The notes under the pieces were generated by a model, which searched no databases, had not been told where the DNA came from, and worked only from the letters and a program-made list of their open reading frames with translations. From positions 158,524 to 222,523 of the forward strand of contig CAZUKA010000001.1 of the NCBI GenBank assembly GCA_964620905.1: DNA of 64,000 bases, given 5' to 3'. Shown piece by piece: positions 28,493 through 37,235 of the stretch (positions are counted from its first letter, which is position 1; the number at the start of each line of letters is the position of its first letter). Source of the stretch: an uncultured Gammaproteobacteria bacterium. GTDB lineage: Bacteria > Patescibacteriota > Patescibacteriia > S139-126. A program made the position numbers and the translations under genes.

Positions 28493-30300
28493 TTGCACAG
28501 GTTTTACCACTTATAAAACTACCTCGTCATTTGACAATATTTGATTATCAAGTACCACCGGATTTAGTAGTAAAAAAATATTCATTAGTAATTGTACCTT
28601 GGCGAAATAAAAAAGTATTCGCTTTAGTTTGGCGGTTGAAAAATAAATCGGTTTTTGCCGAAAATATTAAATTAAAAAAAATTGAACAAGTGCTTTTAGC
28701 TGGTCAGCCGGTTGCTATTGAATCACAGGCAACTTTAATTTCACGATTTTCAGAAAAATTTTTTCTCCCCCAAAATTTTTGGTGGAAGTCAATTTTACCA
28801 AATTTGAAAAAAAATGATAAATTTCTTTTGACTTTAGCTAAATCTGTACAAAATAAATTAGTACCTATCTCCAAAAAAATTAAAATATCTTTACCTCGAG
28901 CCACACCTGAGATGTTAAATGAATTGCTGTTGGATATCGAACAAATAGAAAAACAACTTCTTATTTTAGTGCCAGAAATAGATGATATAGAAAAAATTTA
29001 TAAACTAATACCTAGACAATTATTAGACCAAACTGTACTTTATTACAAAAAGTTATCTCGTCGACAGTTAAATGAAAATTATTTTAAGGTTTTATCCAAT
29101 CAGGCAAAAATAATTATTGGTACAAAGACAGCAGTACTTTTACCTTTCGCCCATTTAAAAAATATTTTTATTTTTAAATCAGAGGCCTATGGTTTTTTTT
29201 CTGGTGATCAAAATCCTCGATATAGTCTAGATAAAATTTTATCTGATTTATTGCAAATTTATCCAGCCAGTTTAAAAATTTTTTCTTTAGCACCGAATCT
29301 TGAAACTTTTGCTTGGGTTAAAAAAAATCAAGGATTGATCAATTTAAAACAAAGGCCCCTGGACTTTAAATTGATTAATATGTCCTTGGAAAATAAAGAA
29401 AATAAAAATAGTCAGATATCGTGGGTTTTAGAACAGGAAATAATTTCTGCTTTGCATTCAGGTAAAAAATGTCTTCTTCTTCTAGATAAAAAGGACGATA
29501 AAAAAAACATTATTTGCCGAGATTGCGGTTGGGTGCCAACTTGTGTTAGTTGTGGACGTATTCTACCTGTTAATAATAATAATTTGTTAATCTGTCCAAC
29601 CTGTGGTTTAAAATCAATTTTACCTAACTTTTGTCCACAGTGTCAGGGTGTTAATATTCAAAATTTTGGGATAAATATTGGTTTATTGAAAAATAATTTA
29701 AATAAAATATTCCCCCAAATAGAGATTTCTATTAATGAAAAAAATAAACCTCTAATTGATCCCCAGGCAAAAATTATAATTGCCACAAAATATATTTTAT
29801 CAAAAATAGATGAAAACTTTGGTCTGATTGCATTTGTTTGTGCTGATCAAGTTTTATTTAATTACCACTATCGTAGTCACGAATTAGCCTGGCAATATTT
29901 CAATAATACTTTTCGCGCAATAATTAATGCTACAAGAATAGTCCAGACTTTTAAAATTGACGATCTATTTTGGCAGAACCTAAGCCAAGAAACTTATCAA
30001 ACTTTTTGGCAAAAAGAAATGAATTGGCGACGTTTAGCTAATTACCCACCATATTTGAGAATTGTTAAACTTATTTATAAACACAAGGAAAAAAAACAAA
30101 TTCAAATATTTCAACAAAAAATCGAAAAAAATTGTACAGACCTAAAAACTTTAAAACTAATTGCTGTTAAAATAAATAAATCAACAGGTAATTTTGTCAT
30201 CCAGTCAGCTATACTTTATAAAAATAACCAGGTTATTTTTGATCTATTGTCAAAATTGCCAGAATCAACTATGATTGAATTTAATCCTTACGAAATCTAA
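28462..30300 (+). CDS. priA: PriA-like primosomal protein N' homolog with ablated helicase motifs
   Basis: 612 aa. N-terminal 3'-DNA-binding domain start (VLPLIKLPRHLTIFDYQVP). Conserved LILVPEI and IIGTKTAVLLPF segments are present. The PriA Cys-rich zinc region is CRDCGWVPTCVSCGR...CPTCG...CPQCQG. Walker A (GSGKT) is absent, and DEEH is replaced by KSEA. Confidence 0.65.
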   Translation: MFKNKYLFRMIAQVLPLIKLPRHLTIFDYQVPPDLVVKKYSLVIVPWRNKKVFALVWRLKNKSVFAENIKLKKIEQVLLAGQPVAIESQATLISRFSEKFFLPQNFWWKSILPNLKKNDKFLLTLAKSVQNKLVPISKKIKISLPRATPEMLNELLLDIEQIEKQLLILVPEIDDIEKIYKLIPRQLLDQTVLYYKKLSRRQLNENYFKVLSNQAKIIIGTKTAVLLPFAHLKNIFIFKSEAYGFFSGDQNPRYSLDKILSDLLQIYPASLKIFSLAPNLETFAWVKKNQGLINLKQRPLDFKLINMSLENKENKNSQISWVLEQEIISALHSGKKCLLLLDKKDDKKNIICRDCGWVPTCVSCGRILPVNNNNLLICPTCGLKSILPNFCPQCQGVNIQNFGINIGLLKNNLNKIFPQIEISINEKNKPLIDPQAKIIIATKYILSKIDENFGLIAFVCADQVLFNYHYRSHELAWQYFNNTFRAIINATRIVQTFKIDDLFWQNLSQETYQTFWQKEMNWRRLANYPPYLRIVKLIYKHKEKKQIQIFQQKIEKNCTDLKTLKLIAVKINKSTGNFVIQSAILYKNNQVIFDLLSKLPESTMIEFNPYEI

Positions 30301-30814
30301 TATGAACGAAATTTTAGGTAAAATAAGACAAATAATTTATCATCCTCATAAAATTTTACGTAATAAAAGCACAGCGGTAAAAACTATCAAATCTGCTGAG
30401 ATACAAACATTAATAGATGATATGATAATGACAATGACAGCAGCCAATGGAATCGGTTTAGCTGCCCCACAGGTTGGACAAAATATGAATTTATTTGTTA
30501 TGAATGATGGTAGTGGTGAAAAAGTTTTTATCAATCCTATTATTATTTACCGCTCACGTACAAAAAATTTGATGGAAGAGGGTTGTTTATCTATCCCTGA
30601 GGTTTTTGGTCTGGTTGAAAGACCGGCAGCAGTATGGGTAATTTATCGTGATCGTCAGGGTAAATTGCAATTTTCACATTCTGATGGTCTTACTGCCCGG
30701 ATTATCCAACATGAATTCGATCATTTACGTGGAATTTTATTTATTGATAAATGTCAAAAAATTACTCAAGGTAAAGATATATTGGAACAATACGAAATTA
30801 ATGCCAAGCCCTAA
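30275..30814 (+). CDS. def: Peptide deformylase
   Basis: 179 aa. GIGLAAPQVG, EGCLSIP and QHEFDHLRG are the three Def motifs. Confidence 0.9.
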   Translation: MNLILTKSNMNEILGKIRQIIYHPHKILRNKSTAVKTIKSAEIQTLIDDMIMTMTAANGIGLAAPQVGQNMNLFVMNDGSGEKVFINPIIIYRSRTKNLMEEGCLSIPEVFGLVERPAAVWVIYRDRQGKLQFSHSDGLTARIIQHEFDHLRGILFIDKCQKITQGKDILEQYEINAKP

Positions 30815-31751
30815 AATTAAATTAATTTTTTTTGGTTCTGCTCCGGTCAGTATTTTTGCACTGTCAAATTTAGTTGAGACTGGTTTTGAAATTGTTGGTG
30901 TAGTTAGTAAACCAGCGAAAAAAAAGGGTCGTCAGCAAAAGTTAACCGATAATGAACTGACTATTGCGTCTGAAAAATTGGGATTAAACATAATTTTACC
31001 TGAAAAATTTGATCAGCGAATTACTGATCAGATAATTAAATTAAAACCTGATATTTTTGTCGTGGTGGCTTATGGTAAAATTATCCCCGCTGAATTATTA
31101 CAAATTCCCAAGTTTGGTACAATTAATCTCCACCCTTCATTATTACCAAAATTTCGTGGTGCATCCCCTATCCAAACAGCAATATTTCAAGGTGAAAAAA
31201 TTACCGGAATCTCAGTTATGCTATTAGATGAGTTGATTGATCACGGCCCAATTTTGAACCAAAAAAAACTTGAGATAGAATCTGACGATACTTATCAATC
31301 CCTGGGTGAAAAATTATTTAAAATTGGTTCTGAGATCTTGCCTACTACAATTTCCGATTATTTAACTAATCAAATCAAACCTACCGCTCAAAATCATAAT
31401 TTAGCTACATTTACTAAATTATTGTCCAAAGGCGATGGTCTGATTGATTGGGAGAAAGAGGCTAACTCTATAAGCCGTCAAATACGCGGTTTTTACCCCT
31501 GGCCGGGAACATATACTTATTTTAAGGGAAAAATGTTTAAAATAATATCAGTTAAAGAAAAAAGTGGTATTTTGCAACCAGGTCAGATAAAATTTGATAA
31601 AATTAACCGTCAAATTTTTGTTGGTTGTAAAAAAAATATTTTGGAAATAAAAAAAATCCAGCCCGCGGGTAAAGCTGTTTTGAGACCTGAACAATTTATA
31701 ACTGGTTATAATTTGGATGGTTTATTTTTTTCCACTAACCCAGAAACCTAA
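30801..31751 (+). CDS. fmt: Methionyl-tRNA formyltransferase
   Basis: Formyltransferase N-terminal domain with HPSLLPKFRGASPIQ (SLLP motif) and a C-terminal Fmt domain. The start is chosen at MPSPKIKLIFFG (ATG about 30801), in frame within the longer ORF 30648..31751, giving the usual def-fmt overlap. Confidence 0.85.
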   Translation: MPSPKIKLIFFGSAPVSIFALSNLVETGFEIVGVVSKPAKKKGRQQKLTDNELTIASEKLGLNIILPEKFDQRITDQIIKLKPDIFVVVAYGKIIPAELLQIPKFGTINLHPSLLPKFRGASPIQTAIFQGEKITGISVMLLDELIDHGPILNQKKLEIESDDTYQSLGEKLFKIGSEILPTTISDYLTNQIKPTAQNHNLATFTKLLSKGDGLIDWEKEANSISRQIRGFYPWPGTYTYFKGKMFKIISVKEKSGILQPGQIKFDKINRQIFVGCKKNILEIKKIQPAGKAVLRPEQFITGYNLDGLFFSTNPET

Positions 31752-33260
31752 GTAACGACCGGTCATCAGTCTAGTTTGAGCATCAGTTGCAGGAATTGAG
31801 CCAAAAATAATCATTCCCAAAGGAAACAAGACCCATTGGAGTAAAACAATTATATAATTTTTTATCTTTTTGTCTTTAACTTTGTGAGGCATAAGAATAG
31901 TCGAAAGAACCGCTGAAAATATTAAACCGACCATAGCAAAATTCATCACAAATTGCAAAATAATCGGTGCAGTTTGTGCAATCACTGATGTTTTATCTAC
32001 ATTTTTACTCACCCATAAAGGTAGATAACCCAAAATGGTGATTAAAATTGGAGCAGTAGCCCAAGAATAAACTCCTTCTAATTGGTTCCATAGATAGTGC
32101 AAACCCTTTTTAAAAGGTAAATTTTTTATTTTTAGATAAAACCAAGCTTGATAAGGAAAATTTTCAACACCCCAAGCCCAACGCCTCATTTGTTTATATT
32201 GATCTTTAAAACCTTGCCACAATGAGCCGGTATAAACAGTATTCATCGAAACAGGAATATACATTGGTTCGACCCGATAATCCCCATTATAGTGACAAAA
32301 ACCCTGTAAAAATATTCTGGAATCCTCAGTGACAATATCTTTTTGCCAAAAACCAACATCTACTAGCATTTGAAAACTCATTGAATGAGAAGAGAAAGTA
32401 AAAAGACGTTCGGGACGAGCTAAATCGGTCAATAACCAAAATGTAGTAGAATAAGCAATTATTCTGATTGGTGCGGGGGTTTCCCAAATATTATTATTGT
32501 ATATTGCCAGAGGCTGATAACTCACTCGGGTGGGATTTACTACCGACAAATATTTGTAGGTTAAATAAGCAAAATACTGTTCATGGGGTCTGGTGTCAAT
32601 ATCAAAGCTAGAAACTATTAGCTGGTCATATTGCCAACCTTTATTTTTGACATAAGCAAGAACCTGCTGACCTGCATAATTTAAATTGGATCCTTTTCCA
32701 GGTATTTCATCGGGTAAATTTTTTGGATGTAAAGTTATGATTAAATCCTTAAAAATCGATTGATATTTGTTTTTGACATTTTCAGCCACCTTAAGAAAAT
32801 TTTCTTTGTCCCTTTCTTCACCGGCTAAAATAACAATTATATTTTTTAAATTGAAATAACAACCGGTTAAAGATGAAAAGGTTTTATCAATAACAGCCCA
32901 GGGTTCTTTGTAAGTTGGCAAAAAAATTAAATGAGTATATTCGGTCCAATATGGTTTTTCTTTTTGTAAAACTGAAAACCAATCAACACTGATACATTCT
33001 TTGTATTTTTTCCATGAAATAGCTAAATAGACCGAAAGATAAAGTACTCTAGTCAACCAATAAAGATCAAAAATTATAATAAAATAAATAGCCCACAGTG
33101 GTTTTAAAAAAGAAATACTGATAGCTAAAATAAAGGTTGTCCAGACTAAAAAACCCGGAATGATTTCTAATACCCGGTATTGCTGCGCTTCGGTTAGTTT
33201 TAAAAATCGCGAACGATAGTTTTCATCAAAAGTAATGTCTTGTGGTTTGGTGGTACGCAT
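31722..33260 (-). CDS. Integral-membrane family-2 glycosyltransferase (processive, cellulose/chitin-synthase-like)
   Basis: 512 aa. N- and C-terminal TM helices flank a GT-A domain with DxD (FDIDT) and a Q.RRWAWG motif (QxxRW). Confidence 0.6.
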   Translation of the reverse strand: MRTTKPQDITFDENYRSRFLKLTEAQQYRVLEIIPGFLVWTTFILAISISFLKPLWAIYFIIIFDLYWLTRVLYLSVYLAISWKKYKECISVDWFSVLQKEKPYWTEYTHLIFLPTYKEPWAVIDKTFSSLTGCYFNLKNIIVILAGEERDKENFLKVAENVKNKYQSIFKDLIITLHPKNLPDEIPGKGSNLNYAGQQVLAYVKNKGWQYDQLIVSSFDIDTRPHEQYFAYLTYKYLSVVNPTRVSYQPLAIYNNNIWETPAPIRIIAYSTTFWLLTDLARPERLFTFSSHSMSFQMLVDVGFWQKDIVTEDSRIFLQGFCHYNGDYRVEPMYIPVSMNTVYTGSLWQGFKDQYKQMRRWAWGVENFPYQAWFYLKIKNLPFKKGLHYLWNQLEGVYSWATAPILITILGYLPLWVSKNVDKTSVIAQTAPIILQFVMNFAMVGLIFSAVLSTILMPHKVKDKKIKNYIIVLLQWVLFPLGMIIFGSIPATDAQTRLMTGRYLGFWVSGKK

Positions 33261-33331
33261 AAAATAATTTTATCAAAAATATAGTTATTTTTCAACCCAA
33301 AAAAATGGCTTAGTGGCCATTTTTTTGTTTT

Positions 33332-34057
33332 CTAAATTTTTTCGGCAATAACCACCAATCGCTGTTGAGAGGTAAATAAAGGTGTACACGAAAATAAAGT
33401 TAAACGATCACTAGCGGTATTATGAAGAATAGTAAGATCATCAGGTTCAATAATTTTAGTATCAGAGACCTTATATTCGTATTTTTCTCCTTCCCAATAT
33501 AAAGTAATTATATCACCAGATTGAAGCTTATCTAATAAATAAAAAGTTTTGGGACTAGGAGGCCGATGTAAATAGCGATGAGCTGTAATTATGGTATTAC
33601 CACCAGTTGATGGAGTTGAGCCAATTGGCATACGCCAAATACCACGCCAAAGCACATCTTCATTATTTCCTTCCAAAATCTCACTATCTACTCCCATTTT
33701 AGGGATAATTATTTTATTGACTGTCTCATTTACGATTAAATCGTTTTTTGCAGATTGATTATAGCTAACACCCAAAACCTTAGTAGTATTTTCTTTTAAT
33801 TGGTCTTCGTCAGGTAGTTGTTGATTTATTGTATTATTAATCGGTAAATGTAAATCTGTTAGTAAGTAATCTTCGGGTGGTAAATTAGCAGGTAATTCAG
33901 TCAGACCATTTAGATTGGTTTTTTTATCATCTGACCAGACTGTATGAATTGGTGAGAAGATTAAGTAAATACCAATCAAAATAAAAATTAAAACAAAAAA
34001 TGACAACAAACGACCAATAAAAAATTTTTTTGATTTTGGATTTAAAAAATCAATCAT
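33332..34057 (-). CDS. Sortase (transpeptidase)
   Basis: 241 aa. N-terminal TM anchor, catalytic His (TIITAHR), Cys (LTLFSCTP) and Arg (RLVVIAE) are in the canonical order. Confidence 0.75.
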   Translation of the reverse strand: MIDFLNPKSKKFFIGRLLSFFVLIFILIGIYLIFSPIHTVWSDDKKTNLNGLTELPANLPPEDYLLTDLHLPINNTINQQLPDEDQLKENTTKVLGVSYNQSAKNDLIVNETVNKIIIPKMGVDSEILEGNNEDVLWRGIWRMPIGSTPSTGGNTIITAHRYLHRPPSPKTFYLLDKLQSGDIITLYWEGEKYEYKVSDTKIIEPDDLTILHNTASDRLTLFSCTPLFTSQQRLVVIAEKI

Positions 34058-34061
34058 GTTT

Positions 34062-36881
34062 TTAGACTAATGAATATTCTTTTCTCAATAGATAAACTAA
34101 ATATGCCGCTGCTAAACTCAAGAATCCAAAAATCATCAATAACTTAGTGGTTAGACTGCCATTGGTGTCTGGTAAACTTAAACCCAGAGCGGTAACTTCT
34201 CTAATTTCCAAAGGAGTCTTGGCTGAAACTTCTGGAGTGTTATCAGCACTGGCTACCGCAATATTTTCATAAATACCTGTTTTGGTACCGGGTTTAACAG
34301 TAACATTATAAGTTATAATTTTTGATTCACCAGGTTGTAAATTTCCTAAACTCCAGGAGTTAACACTGGCATTATTTTCATTAAAGTAGAATTCTTTTGG
34401 TAATCTATCAAGTAAATTTACATTTTCGGCTGTTAAATTTCCAGTATTGGTATTGGTCACAGTAACCGTATAGGTAACCTCACCACCTGGATTGGAAAAC
34501 GCCATATTCACAGTTTTTGTGATAGAGAGAATTGGTTCATATTCTTGAGAAAAAACAGTTGGCACTCTGACTTCAACCGTAGCTGAGTCAGTGACAGTAT
34601 TGCCATTGGTTATTTCTGCTTTGGCGGTATTAGTATAGTTGCCAACACTTATATTATCAGCATATAAAACTTGATAAGTCATAGTCTTGGTTTCATTGAT
34701 GGCAATATTACCAAGATTCCAAATACCATTTGTAGTAGTAGCGTAATAGCTCAAACCGGCCGGTAAAATATCAGTAACTTTCAAATTTAAACCAGTTGAA
34801 TTACCAATATTTTTTATTGTTATGGTGTAATCCACAATACCACCAGGGTTGGTAAATGATTGTAAGGTTGATTTATTGATTTCGATTAATGGATTAGTTG
34901 GTCCTCCTCCACCACCACAATTACTTATACAAACCAATCGACATTGGGCGCTACAACTGTAATTTACTGGAACTCCATCAGTACCATCACACTCTTCTCC
35001 AGTTTCTTTGATGTTATTACCACAAAATGGTTCTTCATTACCTTCTATTTGGTGGTTGGCAAAATTCCAATTACCATAATCCCCAGAAGTAGTGATATTC
35101 AAATCATAAGTGCCACTCGCTGGATAGGTTTGAATCCAGTTATTTTGTTGATTTTCTGACAATTCATATTCACCTAAAGATATTTGGGTAAAAGCATAAC
35201 AACCATCATCTCCGGTTACCGCGGTTAGGGGTTGATCACTATTTTTAGATTGTAATTTTATTGTCCAGCCGACTAAGGTAGGTTCTTCGGAATCTATTGT
35301 ACCATTGTTATTTAGGTCATTGTATTTACAACCAGAAATTGTTGAAAAAGTATTTATCGGAATTTGATAGTTAGCAAAATCTTTATTGATATAGGGAATG
35401 GTTGATTGGATATCTATTTGATAACCTTGATTATTATTAGGGTATGTTTGTTCCCAACCCGGCACGCTATCTTCCGTAACTAGGTATTGTTTATTAAAAG
35501 TTAGATCAGTAAATTCATAACAACCATCGCTATTGGTGGTAGTGGTCTGAATTGGGTTTTCCGTACTTACGACCGGGTCAAACAATAAAATTGGCCAACT
35601 AGATAATTTTGGTTCATCAGTGTCAATTGAGCCATTATTATTTAAATCTTTGTATTTGCAACCGTTAATTTGACCAAACTCCAATTCGCAACTTTCATTA
35701 CAACCGTCATTATTCTGATTGTTGCCATCGTCGCATTGTTCGTTTTGATCTAAATTACCATCGCCACAATAAGGCAATGTCACTAAAGTGCATTGCTCGG
35801 TACAATATTGGTGATTACCTACTCCATCTGTTCCGTCACATTCTTCTTCACCATTTTTTATACCATCGCCACAATATTCCAAATTAATCAAAGTACATTG
35901 TTCGGTGCAAGCTTGATTATCACCTACTCCATCTGTTCCGTCACACTCTTCATAACCATCATTCTGTAGGCCACCCAAACCTACATCATTTGGTGTTTGT
36001 TTAATATTGTCTCCACAATAAGTCAAATCAATCAACAAACACTGATCCGAACAAGTTTGATATTGTCCTACACCAGCTTCACCATCACATTCCTCATTGC
36101 CATTGACGATACCATCGCCACAATAAGGTTGCGGTTGACAACTAATGGGTGTAGTTTCTATAACGAAACTCCCCCAACTTGTCTGATCCGACCAATATTT
36201 AACTTTATTATTGATGATATAATCACAGGCAACATCTGCCTTAACATTGAAATTTAAATTAACAATTTTTTCAACACCCGGAGCAATAGTGCCAAAATTC
36301 CATTCAATGTAGGTTGAATTTATTTCATTGGGTGCGATATTGGCACTAACGTAGTTAGTTTGAACATCAAAATAATCTCTCAATTTAACACCACCACCAG
36401 TACAATTAGCTGTTCCAGTATTTTTCAATTTTACCTGATAAGTTAAATTACCCCCTGGTTCAGTAGTAACTTCAAAATCAGTTTTAGTTAAGGTAAGTTC
36501 ACAAAAAAGAGGCGTATTATTTTTACAAAAAGTCAAATGACTAATATCTTGACTGCTACTAATACTACCACTAAATCCGCCAGAAAAAACAGTTGAACTT
36601 GTTCCTACTTTTCTGATGACCCCATCAATTTTTTGTATTGATGTCCAATTAGCCAATTTACTTGTACCAGTTACATTGGTACCATTACTACTACTATCTG
36701 GCTGATAACTAGTTCCATTCCATTGCCATTTAGCCACACCATAATCAAAACCTTTTGCTTGACATTCAGTATCAATACTTCCCACACCAGTTGCTTTGGA
36801 ATAATGAAGATTTCCCAAAGCAAAAAACAAACTTAAAATAAAAGTAAATAAAACAAACTTAATAATTTTTCTTTTTTGCAT
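34062..36881 (-). CDS. Large secreted surface protein: signal peptide, 4 Cys-rich repeats, 2 SdrD-B/CnaB-like Ca-binding domains, DUF11 repeats, C-terminal LPxTG-like sorting signal
   Basis: 939 aa. Four tandem YCGDG...EECDG...C.EQC repeats. Two GCKY(K/N)DLNNNG(S/T)ID...DGCY(E/A)FT modules. Two DUF11-like segments (NPGG.V.YT.T..N.G). The C-terminus is LPDTNGS followed by a hydrophobic helix and an RKE tail. Immediately downstream of the sortase gene. Confidence 0.75.
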   Translation of the reverse strand: MQKRKIIKFVLFTFILSLFFALGNLHYSKATGVGSIDTECQAKGFDYGVAKWQWNGTSYQPDSSSNGTNVTGTSKLANWTSIQKIDGVIRKVGTSSTVFSGGFSGSISSSQDISHLTFCKNNTPLFCELTLTKTDFEVTTEPGGNLTYQVKLKNTGTANCTGGGVKLRDYFDVQTNYVSANIAPNEINSTYIEWNFGTIAPGVEKIVNLNFNVKADVACDYIINNKVKYWSDQTSWGSFVIETTPISCQPQPYCGDGIVNGNEECDGEAGVGQYQTCSDQCLLIDLTYCGDNIKQTPNDVGLGGLQNDGYEECDGTDGVGDNQACTEQCTLINLEYCGDGIKNGEEECDGTDGVGNHQYCTEQCTLVTLPYCGDGNLDQNEQCDDGNNQNNDGCNESCELEFGQINGCKYKDLNNNGSIDTDEPKLSSWPILLFDPVVSTENPIQTTTTNSDGCYEFTDLTFNKQYLVTEDSVPGWEQTYPNNNQGYQIDIQSTIPYINKDFANYQIPINTFSTISGCKYNDLNNNGTIDSEEPTLVGWTIKLQSKNSDQPLTAVTGDDGCYAFTQISLGEYELSENQQNNWIQTYPASGTYDLNITTSGDYGNWNFANHQIEGNEEPFCGNNIKETGEECDGTDGVPVNYSCSAQCRLVCISNCGGGGGPTNPLIEINKSTLQSFTNPGGIVDYTITIKNIGNSTGLNLKVTDILPAGLSYYATTTNGIWNLGNIAINETKTMTYQVLYADNISVGNYTNTAKAEITNGNTVTDSATVEVRVPTVFSQEYEPILSITKTVNMAFSNPGGEVTYTVTVTNTNTGNLTAENVNLLDRLPKEFYFNENNASVNSWSLGNLQPGESKIITYNVTVKPGTKTGIYENIAVASADNTPEVSAKTPLEIREVTALGLSLPDTNGSLTTKLLMIFGFLSLAAAYLVYLLRKEYSLV
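35682..36125 (-). repeat. Intragenic tandem repeats encoding the Cys-rich YCGDG...ECDG modules
   Basis: About 110-130-nt imperfect direct repeats, e.g. actccatctgttccgtcaca(t/c)tcttc recurring near 35820 and 35930. These are protein-coding repeats, not a CRISPR array. Confidence 0.6.
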
Positions 36882-36984
36882 AAATTTGGATTAATTTAAT
36901 ATTATTATTTAATCAATCACATTATCACAAAGTGATTATTTTGTCAAGCTGATTTAAATTATTAATTTTTTTGCTAGAATTAAA

Positions 36985-37019
36985 TAAAAAAACAACAAGA
37001 AAAAGGTTGTTGTTTTTTT
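36985..37019. terminator. Bidirectional rho-independent terminator hairpin downstream of tRNA-Gln
   Basis: aaaaaaACAACAAgaaaaaggTTGTTGTttttttt: an 8-bp stem flanked by an A-run and a T-run, so it could terminate transcription on either strand. Confidence 0.4.
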
Positions 37020-37020
37020 A

Positions 37021-37094
37021 TGGCTGCGGGACTTGGATTCGAACCAAGATTACCAGGGCCAGAACCTGGCGTCCTACCATTAGACGATCCCGCA
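37021..37094 (-). tRNA. tRNA-Gln (anticodon CUG)
   Basis: Minus-strand sequence TGCGGGATCGTCTAATGGTAGGACGCCAGGTTCTGGCCCTGGTAATCTTGGTTCGAATCCAAGTCCCGCAGCCA folds as a cloverleaf. The 7-bp acceptor stem has a U1:A72 pair and a G73 discriminator, as is typical of bacterial tRNA-Gln. The anticodon loop is TTCTGGC. The T-arm is CTTGG/TTCGAAT/CCAAG, and CCA is encoded. Confidence 0.8.
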
Positions 37095-37235
37095 TTAAAA
37101 ACTACGAATTTAAACCACAATTATGTGGTAAGGATTAAAATTGGATTTAAATAAGAAAAAAATAAGCTAAAATTTTTATAAACTTAGTTTTTCAAAGCAC
37201 TTATAAATCTAATAGTTTAATTTGTATTAGTCAAA

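Noticed and set aside
30648-30800. Longer fmt ORF starting at 30648 (MIVRVNCNFHILMV...)
   Set aside because: The first 51 codons are out-of-frame overlap with def and non-homologous. The conserved Fmt N-terminus begins at MPSPKIKLIFFG, which gives the typical short def-fmt overlap.
35682-36125. Approx. 110-130-nt imperfect direct repeats that could be mistaken for a repeat array/CRISPR
   Set aside because: They lie inside a continuous 939-aa ORF and encode the tandem Cys-rich protein modules. They are not short identical repeats separated by unique spacers, and no cas genes are nearby.
37021-37235. tRNA-Gln as a possible integration hotspot / genomic island boundary
   Set aside because: There is no integrase, direct repeat of the tRNA 3' end, or transposase in either flank. 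The neighbours are dnaX and the sortase-substrate locus with ordinary composition.
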